A DNA stretch of 64,000 nt from a virus, in the IMG/VR virus record IMGVR_UViG_3300038393_002936; one strand, given 5' to 3'. Each line of letters opens with the position of its first letter. Within the stretch, counting starts at the first letter, position 1. The position numbers and the translations under genes are program-made. Shown in pieces: positions 47,230 to 56,313 of the stretch. The notes below the pieces were generated by a model. It was not told the origin of the DNA. It made no database searches and saw only the letters and a program-made list of their open reading frames with translations.

Positions 47230-47540
47230 AGTGGAAGTTGTTGTTCAAGGCCCCGGGCGGCCACCGGTATTTCGAAGCCGAAGACGGTCGCGTTGCCGTC
47301 GCGGATGATTCGGGAGCGACCCCGGACAAAACCGAAGACGGAGTGCTGTACCTGGACAAGAGTCGACCTATCAAGATGGGGAAATTCGGGTCAATCCCGG
47401 TCCTCACGGAAGAAGGTGAACAAACGTCTGTTCTGGAAGTGGCGGAAGGTGCCATTTTGGTTGCAAACCGGTTCAAAATGTTGATTAATGCCGGCCAGCA
47501 GCACTTCGACGTTGCCCCGGTGATGGAGATGCCGTCCTGA
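47226..47540 (+). CDS. hypothetical protein
   Basis: ATGA coupling, AAGGAGG RBS. Confidence 0.6.
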   Translation: MKWKLLFKAPGGHRYFEAEDGRVAVADDSGATPDKTEDGVLYLDKSRPIKMGKFGSIPVLTEEGEQTSVLEVAEGAILVANRFKMLINAGQQHFDVAPVMEMPS

Positions 47541-47582
47541 GTCACTCTTGTGCTTGCTTTTTGTGTCTAACTGGAGAAAAGC

Positions 47583-47846
47583 ATGGCTAACGGAAATTCG
47601 AGTGGCGGGATGGGACTGGGTGGGTTCTTGATGGGTGGCCTGACGATTTTGTTCGTCGGGCTGAAGCTGGGCGGTGTCATTGATTGGGACTGGCTATGGG
47701 TGCTCGCACCTCTCTGGCTACCCATCGTGGCAGTAATCGGGATTTTCCTTGCCAGCGTAGTTTTGGTCGCCATCGGGGCGAGCATTTATTATCTGTGCGG
47801 GGCTCTGGCGGGCTATTTATCCGACCGCAAACGGACTATTCGCTAA
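47583..47846 (+). CDS. small membrane protein
   Basis: LTILFVGLKLGGVIDWDWLWVLAPLW, hydrophobic. Confidence 0.7.
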   Translation: MANGNSSGGMGLGGFLMGGLTILFVGLKLGGVIDWDWLWVLAPLWLPIVAVIGIFLASVVLVAIGASIYYLCGALAGYLSDRKRTIR

Positions 47847-47879
47847 AGTAGATAGTCGGTTTTACCGACAGAAGCGTAA

Positions 47880-47977
47880 TTCCGGCAGGGAAGGGACACA
47901 GGGGTGATTGGCGGGTGGAGTTTCAGCGAGCGAAGCGGACCATGCAATCCCCCCTATTGGCCCCTACCCTGCCGGAA
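47880..47977. repeat. A-B'-A' element
   Basis: TTCCGGCAGGGAAGGG...GAGCGAAGCG...GCAATCCCCCCTATTG...CCCTGCCGGAA. Confidence 0.8.
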
Positions 47978-48018
47978 TTTTACCTATTCGCTTCTTTAGT
48001 CCCTTAAAAATAAAACAA

Positions 48019-48222
48019 ATGCCAACCCGCGAGATGGTTCTGTTTGTGTTCGTTCCCCTGAGTGGGGGTCTAATTTCACTCTGGTTTGGCTACAGATTTA
48101 GCCATATCGCACCACCCGTGCGTCTGCTAATTTCATTTTGCGCCGCGGGCATCTACGGCTGGCTAATGGCTCATCTTTATAACAAGCTGGAGGCTTGGAA
48201 TGGCCGCCGAAAAGCTTCTTGA
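48019..48222 (+). CDS. small membrane protein
   Basis: two hydrophobic segments. Confidence 0.5.
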   Translation: MPTREMVLFVFVPLSGGLISLWFGYRFSHIAPPVRLLISFCAAGIYGWLMAHLYNKLEAWNGRRKAS

Positions 48223-48760
48223 CCAACGCGACTACGAAATCAGCTGGGCTACCCCGCCACTGCACCGCCCCGCTCGAGTCGTCATTAAAGGGGAGTCTTA
48301 TGGGCTCCAGGCCGCACTACACCTTTTAAACCAAAATCCAGCCCTCTGGCCACTCCGCGTTTGCTGGTCGCCCGCGACAGCGATGGAGGTTGAAAAAGCC
48401 GGTGCCGGGGTGCGAAAATTGGAGGATGGGACCGTCGCGGTACTGGCCGAAGACGGTCGAACCTTGCTGATGGGTAAACCGGCCCCGCTCACTCGACAGG
48501 AGGCCGGACGGCTCTGGAAGCTGGCGGACGACCTCGTTTCAATACTACAGGTTGCCGGGGTTCATGTGGACCAAGGACCGGATGAGGTGGTCTACTCGGC
48601 TGGCGACGAGTTGGAAACCGTGGCGGTCGTGGGAGCCACTGGCGACCTGACGTACAGTCAGGTCTGGTGGGCACACCACCACCAGTACCAGGCCAGCCTC
48701 ATCGCGGCTCATGCTGTACTATGGCCTCTTTATGTTGTGGCTAGTCGCGTCTATAGCTAA
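48200..48760 (+). CDS. hypothetical protein
   Basis: GGAGG RBS, 186 aa. Confidence 0.6.
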   Translation: MAAEKLLDQRDYEISWATPPLHRPARVVIKGESYGLQAALHLLNQNPALWPLRVCWSPATAMEVEKAGAGVRKLEDGTVAVLAEDGRTLLMGKPAPLTRQEAGRLWKLADDLVSILQVAGVHVDQGPDEVVYSAGDELETVAVVGATGDLTYSQVWWAHHHQYQASLIAAHAVLWPLYVVASRVYS

Positions 48761-48773
48761 AAGGAGTAAGCCA

Positions 48774-49157
48774 ATGTCTGAGATTAACCCCTGCACGCTT
48801 TGGGCGTTTCTTGAGAAGTTTTACCAAAGCGATGAAAAAGACCTGACATCTTTACTTGTTGCCTGTGATTATCTGGGAGAACATGGCGATTCTCGGGGTG
48901 AGAACCTTCGTCGTCGCATCAAGCGGCAGGCTGCTCTGAAGGCAAAAGTAGCCGTTAAGTATGGGGACGGATACTCACAACGAACAAGCTGTGGGCTACA
49001 CAATTATGTACGTGACATGTTTCCCGAATGCAAAACCTCATACAGCCTCTTAATGAGAGAAAAGGTCGACAGAACAATGAGGCGACTGTGGGGCCTTTTA
49101 CCGAGTCGCCAGGAACAGTCGCACGACACCGGAGAAGTGTCCTGGAGCTCGAAATAA
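48774..49157 (+). CDS. degenerate TIGR02996-like protein
   Basis: DLTSLLVACDYLGEHGDSRGENLR resembles D.PRLVYADWLEE.G..RAEFIR. Confidence 0.55.
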   Translation: MSEINPCTLWAFLEKFYQSDEKDLTSLLVACDYLGEHGDSRGENLRRRIKRQAALKAKVAVKYGDGYSQRTSCGLHNYVRDMFPECKTSYSLLMREKVDRTMRRLWGLLPSRQEQSHDTGEVSWSSK

Positions 49158-49261
49158 TCACGCACGACCTTGTGCGAGCCCAGTATTACGCTAAAATATG
49201 CTCTATTGAACCGAATGAGGCAAGAACGCAGGCCCTGGCGGGGCCGACTTCAGGAGGCCCC

Positions 49262-49993
49262 ATGAATCAAGAAAACGCCTTGCTCCGAGCTATTTGCGAG
49301 AATATCGACGACGACACGCCTCGGCTTGTTTTCGCCGACTACCTCGAAGAACGTGGCGAAGAAGCCTGGGCCCAGTTCATCCGAAGCCACATTGCCGCCA
49401 CAAGAGCTGGCGTAGCCGAGTTCGGAGACGAATCGAACGACCGCTCGTTGAAACTCGAGTTTGTGCCACCCAAAACCGTGGTGGTCAAGGTTGTTCCTCC
49501 GGACGGCCCCGATAAGACTGGTTCAGACTCGAGCGTGCCGCTTTTTCTTCAGTGGGCTAAGCGACTTGGGCTTCCTGACTGCCTCGAATATTGCAAGCTG
49601 AGTCGATGGGACCGCGGATTTCCTGCTGTTTATAGTATCGAATCCGCAGTTGGCTTCTCCCGGTCTGTTAAGACATCACTATTTTCTCGAGTGCCCATCC
49701 GACATTTTAAGGTCGAGTCCAGACAACCACAAGAAATGTCGGCATATGCCGGCTCGCATTCTTGGTTTGAGTGGCGCAAGCAAATAAAAGGCAACCGCGG
49801 GAGATATTTTCTTCCAGCAAGTATTTTTGAGATACTCGACAATCCAGCCCAAAACATAAGCTTAGTGCATTTTTTCTCCAGAAAAGAAGCGGACGAAGCC
49901 GCGTGGACTGCGTATGCGAGGCGAGGGCGGGTTTTGAATTTGGGTCATACTGGGGAGAACCGGGTTGCCGGGTGCTTAGTCACGGAGCGTTAA
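49262..49993 (+). CDS. TIGR02996 domain protein
   Basis: ALLRAICENIDDDTPRLVFADYLEERGEEAWAQFIR...WDRGFP. Confidence 0.85.
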   Translation: MNQENALLRAICENIDDDTPRLVFADYLEERGEEAWAQFIRSHIAATRAGVAEFGDESNDRSLKLEFVPPKTVVVKVVPPDGPDKTGSDSSVPLFLQWAKRLGLPDCLEYCKLSRWDRGFPAVYSIESAVGFSRSVKTSLFSRVPIRHFKVESRQPQEMSAYAGSHSWFEWRKQIKGNRGRYFLPASIFEILDNPAQNISLVHFFSRKEADEAAWTAYARRGRVLNLGHTGENRVAGCLVTER

Positions 49994-50237
49994 TAGAGGG
50001 GATTGGATGGACTCCGTCCATCGGAGGCGGCTGTGAACCCTGACGAAATCCGAGCCGAATATGCCCGTATCGAAGCCGAGGAAGAGGCCGCCGAACGCGA
50101 AACTCAAACTTGTCTCTCTCTGGCTTCGAATGCAGAAATTGCGGGAGTAGTGTTCACACTCGCGGGCGGAACCTTGTGCGGACGAGTGCTCTGACTACCG
50201 CCAGGCTTTTGACTAACATGCCTTCCGGAGAAGAAGC

Positions 50238-50444
50238 GTGGAAAGGATGAAATGGATACGGGACGCCGACAGCAGCGACCAGCGAAGTGCGTGCGGCCGG
50301 TTCCTCATCCGCCGAACCTGCACGAATCCCAAATGGTGGGGTTACTGGAGTTTGACCGACACCACAACCGGAGAAGAATTTCCTTGTAGGACAGAGTCTT
50401 CAGCTAAGACCGCGGCCCGCAATAGGCGAAATGCAACTGGCTGA
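50238..50444 (+). CDS. hypothetical protein
   Basis: GGAG RBS. Confidence 0.5.
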   Translation: MERMKWIRDADSSDQRSACGRFLIRRTCTNPKWWGYWSLTDTTTGEEFPCRTESSAKTAARNRRNATG

Positions 50445-50475
50445 TGTTCTGAGTCCTTTAAATCGTCAAAGTCTA

Positions 50476-50629
50476 TTCCGGCAGGAGAGGGACAGGGTGG
50501 TGTCGGAAGAAGGCTCGGCCCACCCAAGCAATCCCCCCTATTAAGAGTGAGTGAAGCGAATTTACCCCTCTCTAACCCTTACTTCCCTGCCGGACCTTCG
50601 GTCCCGTCGGCGGACGCCGACTGCCGGAA
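50476..50629. repeat. composite A-B'-A'-hairpins element
   Basis: TTCCGGCAGGAGAGGG...CAATCCCCCCTATTAA...CTTCCCTGCC GGACC-TTC-GGTCC...ACTGCCGGAA. Confidence 0.85.
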
Positions 50630-50662
50630 ATAAACTCTGGCGACAGCACGAGCGGAGCGAGT

Positions 50663-51448
50663 ATGTCTGAGGAATCTTTCTTACAGGCCATCTACCGCAA
50701 TCCCCGAGACGACATGCCGAGACTGGTCTACGCGGATTGGCTGGACGAGAACAGCAACAGTGACCGGGCCGAATTCATCCGTCTCCAATTCGAGATTGCA
50801 GCCCAACGAGCGGGCCTCGTCGCTGCTTCAGAAGAGAATGACCGGCGACAGGATTGGTTAGAGCAGCGAGAAAGGGAACTTTTAGAGAAGAACTGGCAAC
50901 AATGGCTGCGACCTCTTCATAGTTGGATACTCTATCGAAATTGCGATACAAACATACTCACTTATGAAAACATAACAGGGAACCGTGCCGTTGTACGTTT
51001 TCGCAAGGGCTTCCCCGGCGAAGTGAATTTAAACACAGACACTTTTCTCGGTATTCCCTGCCTAGCCCATGCTAGGTCCGGCGAGAACTGCATTAACTGT
51101 GGCGGAACAGGTGCCACAAAGGGGGCCGCCCTCACTCTCCTACCGGAACTGCCCACTGTTACCAAAATAAGCTTAGCTGACAAGCGGCCATCCGAGTGGT
51201 CCGAAGACGCAGGCTCCTCATCGTTCGACGGACGAACTTTTTACTCGTGGTTTGGCCCTGAATCTATCCTTGGGCTGGACCAAGAACATACCAGGATTCC
51301 TGAACCTTTATTTCAGCTGATGATGCGAGCGGGGCACAAACAGGGGAATTTTGGTCACACCCTGCGGTTTGAGACGGCGGCAGATGCCCAAGAGGCTTTG
51401 TCCGAGGCCTGCCTGGGCTACGCCCAGAGTTTAAAGGAGAAGTTATGA
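50663..51448 (+). CDS. TIGR02996 domain protein with CxxC insert
   Basis: FLQAIYRNPRDDMPRLVYADWLDE...RAEFIRLQ...FRKGFP...CINCGGTG. Confidence 0.85.
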   Translation: MSEESFLQAIYRNPRDDMPRLVYADWLDENSNSDRAEFIRLQFEIAAQRAGLVAASEENDRRQDWLEQRERELLEKNWQQWLRPLHSWILYRNCDTNILTYENITGNRAVVRFRKGFPGEVNLNTDTFLGIPCLAHARSGENCINCGGTGATKGAALTLLPELPTVTKISLADKRPSEWSEDAGSSSFDGRTFYSWFGPESILGLDQEHTRIPEPLFQLMMRAGHKQGNFGHTLRFETAADAQEALSEACLGYAQSLKEKL

Positions 51449-52575
51449 ACGACGAGACAGCCTTGTTAAAAGCCATCACGGAACATCCCAACGAAGACAC
51501 CCCGCGACTCGTTTATGCTGACTATCTTTAAGAACAGGGTAAACCCGACAGGGCCGAGTTTATTCGAGTTCAGTGTGAGTTAGCGAAGCTTGCACCGCCG
51601 AGGGTTATCCGGGTCGGGTCTTGTTACAGCTTTCAGTTCGAAGCCGAGCTGGAGCTAGGAACTCGTGTCGACCAAGCAGACCTATCTTGGCGAATCGGCG
51701 AGGTGTTCGACCTCAAACAAATCACATCGCGAATTTCGGCTACCTGGCACCATGATATGATTCTGACCAGCATTTCACCTCGGTCTGGTGGAGGGGCCGA
51801 GCTTCTTTTTCGCCAGGGAAAGGTGTGGGGGCACCGCTTGCGGTACGAGTATCTTCTTAATCGTCAACACCACCTCCTGTGTTTCAGCGAAACCGGCCCG
51901 TCGCCCTGGTATTCGTGGGCTTTCGTACCGCACAAGGACGAAGAGGGAAGCCCTTCGGGACCCGGTAATCGGGGCGGAATGACGCTCCACCCGGCTCACT
52001 GCGACCAGTTTCCATACATCGAGGTGTCGCCACGGATTCGCCAGACGTTTCGACGGGGCTTCGTGGACGAGGTCGAGTTGCCCATCGGGGCCTTCGCCGG
52101 GCATTGCCCGGCGTGTGAAGACGGCTGGTTTATCAACGAGACACCGAATGCAGGAGACGGTGAAGACGGTGTTGTTGGGGGCAGCCGGATGAGGTGCGAG
52201 GTGTGCTACGGGGCTGGTCAGCGAGAAGGCTACGCCGGAGCTCTGTTCCGAGAGCATCCAGCGATTCGGAAGGTCATCTTCAGGAGCAGAAATCCCGTCC
52301 TACCGAGGGCATTAGGCCGCCAGGTCCGGCTGCCAGAGTGGCGGGCTCGGTCGAGCGATTTGGGTCTTGATTTTATCGACACTGTTCCGTTCGGCTTGTT
52401 TAAGCTACTTGAAAATGGCGAGTATTCCGAAGCGTTCCGAGGACCTGGACTCAAGGAGCCTGTAATTTCTGTTAGTCGAACCTACCAATCGACCGAAGAC
52501 GCAGTCGCGGACCTATCTGACGCTGCCATCACCTACGGCAGGAATGAAGCTCTAAAGATGGCGGTGACAGTATGA
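51445..52575 (+). pseudogene. TIGR02996 domain protein with in-frame TAA at 51529-51531
   Basis: MNDETALLKAITEHPNEDTPRLVYADYL*EQGKPDRAEFIRVQ continues in frame into ORF 51703..52575 (FRRGFV, CPAC, CEVCYGAG). Confidence 0.8.
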
Positions 52576-53486
52576 CGGAAAGCGTAGCTTTCAAGCGGGC
52601 GATTCTTGAAAACCCGGCCGAAGACACACCCCGACTCGTTTACGCCGATTGGCTCGACGAACACGCCGGTTTTATAAAGTGCCCGTACTGCTATGGGGAT
52701 GGCATCCTGGGACCGATTGCCGGGATTCCGAAGGGTGAATGTGAAGACTGTAAGGGTACGGGAGAAGTGTCCGACAAAAGTCGGGAGCGAGCTAGTTTCA
52801 TTCGGGCCCAGGTCCAGGCCGCATGCGGGTTCGAGCTAGAAAGTATGCGGCTCTGGAACTTGCTCCACCACTCCGCAGAATGGTTCCCCGATGTGTGCAA
52901 GTCGCTCAATCTTGGCGTTAACCACTGGGGCGTGATGCACGATAACACGGTGCATTTTGAGCACAAGAACACCGTGAACGAGTTCTTTGTTCGCCGGGGC
53001 TTCGTGGATGAAATTCGTGTGCCACTGTCGTGGCTGATAGGAAGGGACTGCGAGCGGTGTCAGGGCCGGGGTCACGAGCTAGTTCCAGTATACGAGCCAG
53101 TCCGGGAGACAACCTGCGGAGGATGTGGAGGTCGGCTGGTCACCCGCGATGACACCCCTGCTGGTCGTGGGGCGAAGTGGTGTTCGTCGTGCTGGGGGAT
53201 GACTTCTCCGCGGTACGCTGGGCACGAACAAGCCGTTGACTGCCTGTGGTGCGTCAGCGGCCGAGTCGGCGGCTGTCAGTCAGTCCTCGAAGCGAATCCC
53301 GTTAAGAAAATCGTGGTCGGGGACCTAAGAATCGAAATTGAGCCACCGGGTCCTGACTACGGTTGGCAAGCGTATTTTTATAGAGCAGAAGAAGAATCAT
53401 ATCATTATTTTATCGGCGGTGGCCTGAGTCGATGCGAAATGCTGGCTGAACTTTTTGAATGCGTCTCGTCAGTGCTCACACCTTGA
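52572..53486 (+). CDS. TIGR02996 domain protein with multiple Zn-finger inserts
   Basis: AFKRAILENPAEDTPRLVYADWLDE; CPYCYGDG, CEDCKGTG, CERCQGRG; RRGFV. Confidence 0.85.
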   Translation: MTESVAFKRAILENPAEDTPRLVYADWLDEHAGFIKCPYCYGDGILGPIAGIPKGECEDCKGTGEVSDKSRERASFIRAQVQAACGFELESMRLWNLLHHSAEWFPDVCKSLNLGVNHWGVMHDNTVHFEHKNTVNEFFVRRGFVDEIRVPLSWLIGRDCERCQGRGHELVPVYEPVRETTCGGCGGRLVTRDDTPAGRGAKWCSSCWGMTSPRYAGHEQAVDCLWCVSGRVGGCQSVLEANPVKKIVVGDLRIEIEPPGPDYGWQAYFYRAEEESYHYFIGGGLSRCEMLAELFECVSSVLTP

Positions 53487-53495
53487 AGGTGTTTT

Positions 53496-53897
53496 ATGAA
53501 CCGCATAAGTGTCTATTGGAATTTGCACACTCGAAATTACTCCTTGAAGGACTCCGGCAGTCGCCTTCGGCGACCGGAACGTAGTTCCGGCAGAGGAGGA
53601 AGGGTATTTGCCCACCAGGACATCGTCTTGCTCCGCGATTGCACGTTCAAAGTCTGGGAAGGAGGCCGCCAGCGGGTCTTGCGAGAAGGCCAGAAAATGG
53701 TCCACGCATTCGTCTGCGGCACACCGGTTAAGCCGCAGGATTTACCAACGCACCTTGGGTGCCCAGAGCGAGTTCGCTATAATCCTTACGAAACGAAGAC
53801 GTTCGTTCGGGCCGATTCCGGCGAACCTATTTTTGAGGCTGCTTGGGTGCTACTGAAGAAGGAGGGAGACAAGCCCGTGGTTTTGGCTTATCCATGA
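53496..53897 (+). CDS. conserved phage hypothetical protein carrying an in-frame repeat insertion
   Basis: VYWNLH...GRV.AH...GRQRVLRE..KMVHAFV.G...YNPY pattern; repeat at 53553-53604. Confidence 0.7.
   Translation: MNRISVYWNLHTRNYSLKDSGSRLRRPERSSGRGGRVFAHQDIVLLRDCTFKVWEGGRQRVLREGQKMVHAFVCGTPVKPQDLPTHLGCPERVRYNPYETKTFVRADSGEPIFEAAWVLLKKEGDKPVVLAYP
53553..53604. repeat. two-hairpin A element inside CDS
   Basis: TCCGGCA GTCGCC-TTC-GGCGAC C GGAAC-GTA-GTTCC GGCAGAGG. Confidence 0.8.
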
Positions 53898-54065
53898 CTT
53901 CCCTTGCGGGAAGTTTTAACAATTCCGATAGGGGGCGAAGCCTATGTACGACTTACTGGCCGACATCACCATCGAACGCGGTTCCGATTTTTGGCTAGCC
54001 GGGTTCATCGTGATGATAATCGGGGGAATCAAGGTGTTTATTGAGGAACTTACCAAGGAGTAGCT

Positions 54066-54551
54066 ATGCTACACTACAGGGCAGTTCACCACAGTTTATG
54101 GCCTGGTGGCCTGGACGAAGTCCTGAAGACCGAGCGGAGCCAGCCCGAGCCGTTCACGCGGCGAGAGCTCGAGCACCGCCTGGGCGACCAACGGTCCCCG
54201 ACTTATTTGGTGCTGGCGGTCGACACCCGCGATAGGGTTGCCGGCCACCTGATTTACACCTGCGGTGAGAAAGAGCGGTTCGTCGTAGTAGACCGAATTG
54301 CGGCTCGTGGTCGACACTCGCTCGGTGCGATAGCACCGACACTCCTGGAGCACCTGAAGGAGGGTGGGCAGTTTAAGAGGCGTAGGTGGGTGAGGGCCTG
54401 GGTGCCCCTGGTCTCCGACCAGACGGCACTTTGCCAAGCCCTTGCTGACTGCGGGTTTTCCTCGTTCTTGGAAGACCACAACGTGATTCGTTTTGGACTC
54501 CGTTCTTGTGCCGAGCGAAGCGAGACATGGACATTACAAAAGAAGTCGTGA
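54066..54551 (+). CDS. degenerate GNAT/RimI-like protein
   Basis: LDEVLKTE...EPFT...VAGHLIY...DRIA...RAWV...LADCGF; acetyl-CoA loop altered. Confidence 0.6.
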   Translation: MLHYRAVHHSLWPGGLDEVLKTERSQPEPFTRRELEHRLGDQRSPTYLVLAVDTRDRVAGHLIYTCGEKERFVVVDRIAARGRHSLGAIAPTLLEHLKEGGQFKRRRWVRAWVPLVSDQTALCQALADCGFSSFLEDHNVIRFGLRSCAERSETWTLQKKS

Positions 54552-54829
54552 CGGGTGTTTTTGTTTTGTGTTTCGGGATGTTGGTAGCCGGTGTGGTTAA
54601 CTCGACCATCTGGGCCGCCAACAAGATTGCCCGAAGCGGAATTGTGGGGTTGTGCGTGGCCGGCACTGGCTTCGCCGGTCTTGGCACATTTGGCGCCGTA
54701 GGCGTTCGGGCGGGGTCTCTGTCCGACGAAGTGTTTATCCCCCTCACGGTGATGTCGTTCATGGCCTGTGGCTTCTGTCTGGTGGCCGCGCAACTGCGGT
54801 TTCTTTCCGCCCGCAATCTACCTGATTAA
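54527..54829 (+). CDS. membrane protein
   Basis: three hydrophobic segments. Confidence 0.55.
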   Translation: MDITKEVVTGVFVLCFGMLVAGVVNSTIWAANKIARSGIVGLCVAGTGFAGLGTFGAVGVRAGSLSDEVFIPLTVMSFMACGFCLVAAQLRFLSARNLPD

Positions 54830-54842
54830 AAGGGAACCAACT

Positions 54843-55214
54843 ATGACCATCAACAAGTTCTTCACGACCACAAAAGAACTGCTGTGGCCACCTCTCGGCG
54901 ACGGTTTTTACAAAGCGCTCCATCTCCTGCAAGAAGAATCTGGTAAGTGGACTATCCTGAAACACGACGACACCATCCAGTACGCGACAAACGACCTGGT
55001 CATCACGGCCGGTTTCAACCGTGTGCTCGGACGGCGCATCACCGTCAACGGGTATCCCGTTTTCAACTGGCGAGAAGAGAGTAAGCTACTGAAGGTCGCC
55101 GAAAAACTTTTGCTGCTAAAGTTGGCTGACAAAGCAACCAAGGAAGCTCGTGCGGTGTCGGAGGGACACAAGCGAGCTCTCAAGACCCTCTTGGGACATC
55201 CTCAAAATGCCTGA
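54843..55214 (+). CDS. hypothetical protein
   Basis: MTINKFF ORF. Confidence 0.55.
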   Translation: MTINKFFTTTKELLWPPLGDGFYKALHLLQEESGKWTILKHDDTIQYATNDLVITAGFNRVLGRRITVNGYPVFNWREESKLLKVAEKLLLLKLADKATKEARAVSEGHKRALKTLLGHPQNA

Positions 55215-55269
55215 AGCGGCTTTGCCGCCTGGTTGTGTCGCCCCAAGAAGAAGTTCGTTCTCTCAAGTC

Positions 55270-55298
55270 TTGACTTCCCTCCGGTTCAGTCACACAAT
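55270..55298 (+). promoter_or_regulatory. sigma70-like promoter abutting motif A
   Basis: TTGACT-17 bp-CACAAT then TTCCGGCAGG at 55301. Confidence 0.5.
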
Positions 55299-55300
55299 TA

Positions 55301-55482
55301 TTCCGGCAGGAGAGGGGACAGTAGGGCGGGAAAGGTGAACTCGTGGGCGGGTAGCCGCATCACCCGTGAACGAAGTGAACCATCCAATCCCACCTATTAA
55401 CCTCTCCTGCCGGAACTTCGTTCCCGTCGGTTTCGCCGACTGTGGAAAGCTTCGCTTCCGTTGACGGAGTCAACTGCCGGAA
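55301..55482. repeat. longest composite element (A-B'-A'-4 hairpins)
   Basis: reverse complement aligns with 34518-34600 and with 14830-14867 (B + TTCACTTCGTTCACGGG). Confidence 0.85.
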
Positions 55483-55561
55483 CTTCTTTCAGCATTCTCC
55501 AGACTCCGGGATAATTGCATAGCCGCCAGGGTGGTCCGGAACTACCACAGGAATTACTACC

Positions 55562-55813
55562 GTGAGCAATAAACCGGACCACGTGCCGTCCCACTATAGA
55601 CAGTTCAGGTCCAAGAACCGGGACTTCGTTCATATCGAAAACGGGTGGTGTGCCAGACAGGTCCGGGGCAAATGGCGGGTTTTTTATGGTCTTTTACGGC
55701 CGGGGCAAGAATACCCGACCTATGTGACCACTTATCAAGAAGCCGACTCCTATCTGGATTTCATCCAGTTTGCAGAACTCGAACAGTGGGTCTTGGCTCG
55801 GAGAACGCTATGA
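55562..55813 (+). CDS. hypothetical protein
   Basis: coupled to the LexA-like gene. Confidence 0.55.
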   Translation: MSNKPDHVPSHYRQFRSKNRDFVHIENGWCARQVRGKWRVFYGLLRPGQEYPTYVTTYQEADSYLDFIQFAELEQWVLARRTL

Positions 55814-56313
55814 ACGCCCCTGAGCTAAGCTCCCGCCAGCTCGAACTCCTGCTTTTTTACATCAAGCACATCGAAGAACACGGCTACCAGCCGACTTACC
55901 GCGAGGCTGCGACCCATTTTGGAATTACGTCCCGAGCCATTCAGGACCGTCTCTTACAACTGGCCCGCAAGGGTTACTGTGAAATGCCCGTGAAGCGAGG
56001 TGACCGCTGCGTGCGGTTCCCCCACCTGCGCTTTGAACATCACTTCGTGTCCGAACCCACCCCTCCCGAAATAGTGGACGAACCCCATCCCCAGACCGGC
56101 GAAATCATCCGACTTGCCCTTCAGACCTTCTTCTTCAATAATGATAACGAACCTGCCAAGGTCGCCACCATGGCTGAGACCATCGGGGCTGCAATTCCGA
56201 AGGTCTACGCGGCTCTGAACCACGATAAGGAAGGGATTTTTCGAAAGGTCAAAGGGCCAGGGAGGGCCATCTTGTGGCAACTGAGGACCGGTGCCAAAGA
56301 TGCTCGAGTCTGA
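55810..56313 (+). CDS. LexA-type winged-HTH regulator lacking peptidase domain (candidate repressor)
   Basis: LSSRQLELLLFYIKHIEEHGYQPTYREAATHFGITSRAIQDRLLQLARKGY; second wHTH-like C-terminal domain. Confidence 0.75.
   Translation: MNAPELSSRQLELLLFYIKHIEEHGYQPTYREAATHFGITSRAIQDRLLQLARKGYCEMPVKRGDRCVRFPHLRFEHHFVSEPTPPEIVDEPHPQTGEIIRLALQTFFFNNDNEPAKVATMAETIGAAIPKVYAALNHDKEGIFRKVKGPGRAILWQLRTGAKDARV

Noticed and set aside
25099-51531. Stop-codon reassignment
   Set aside because: The three internal stops are TGA, TAG and TAA respectively, and all three codons terminate normal genes; core genes are uninterrupted in code 11.
48774-53486. Diversity-generating retroelement acting on TIGR02996 genes
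   Set aside because: No reverse transcriptase and no TR/VR pair differing at adenines was seen in this window.
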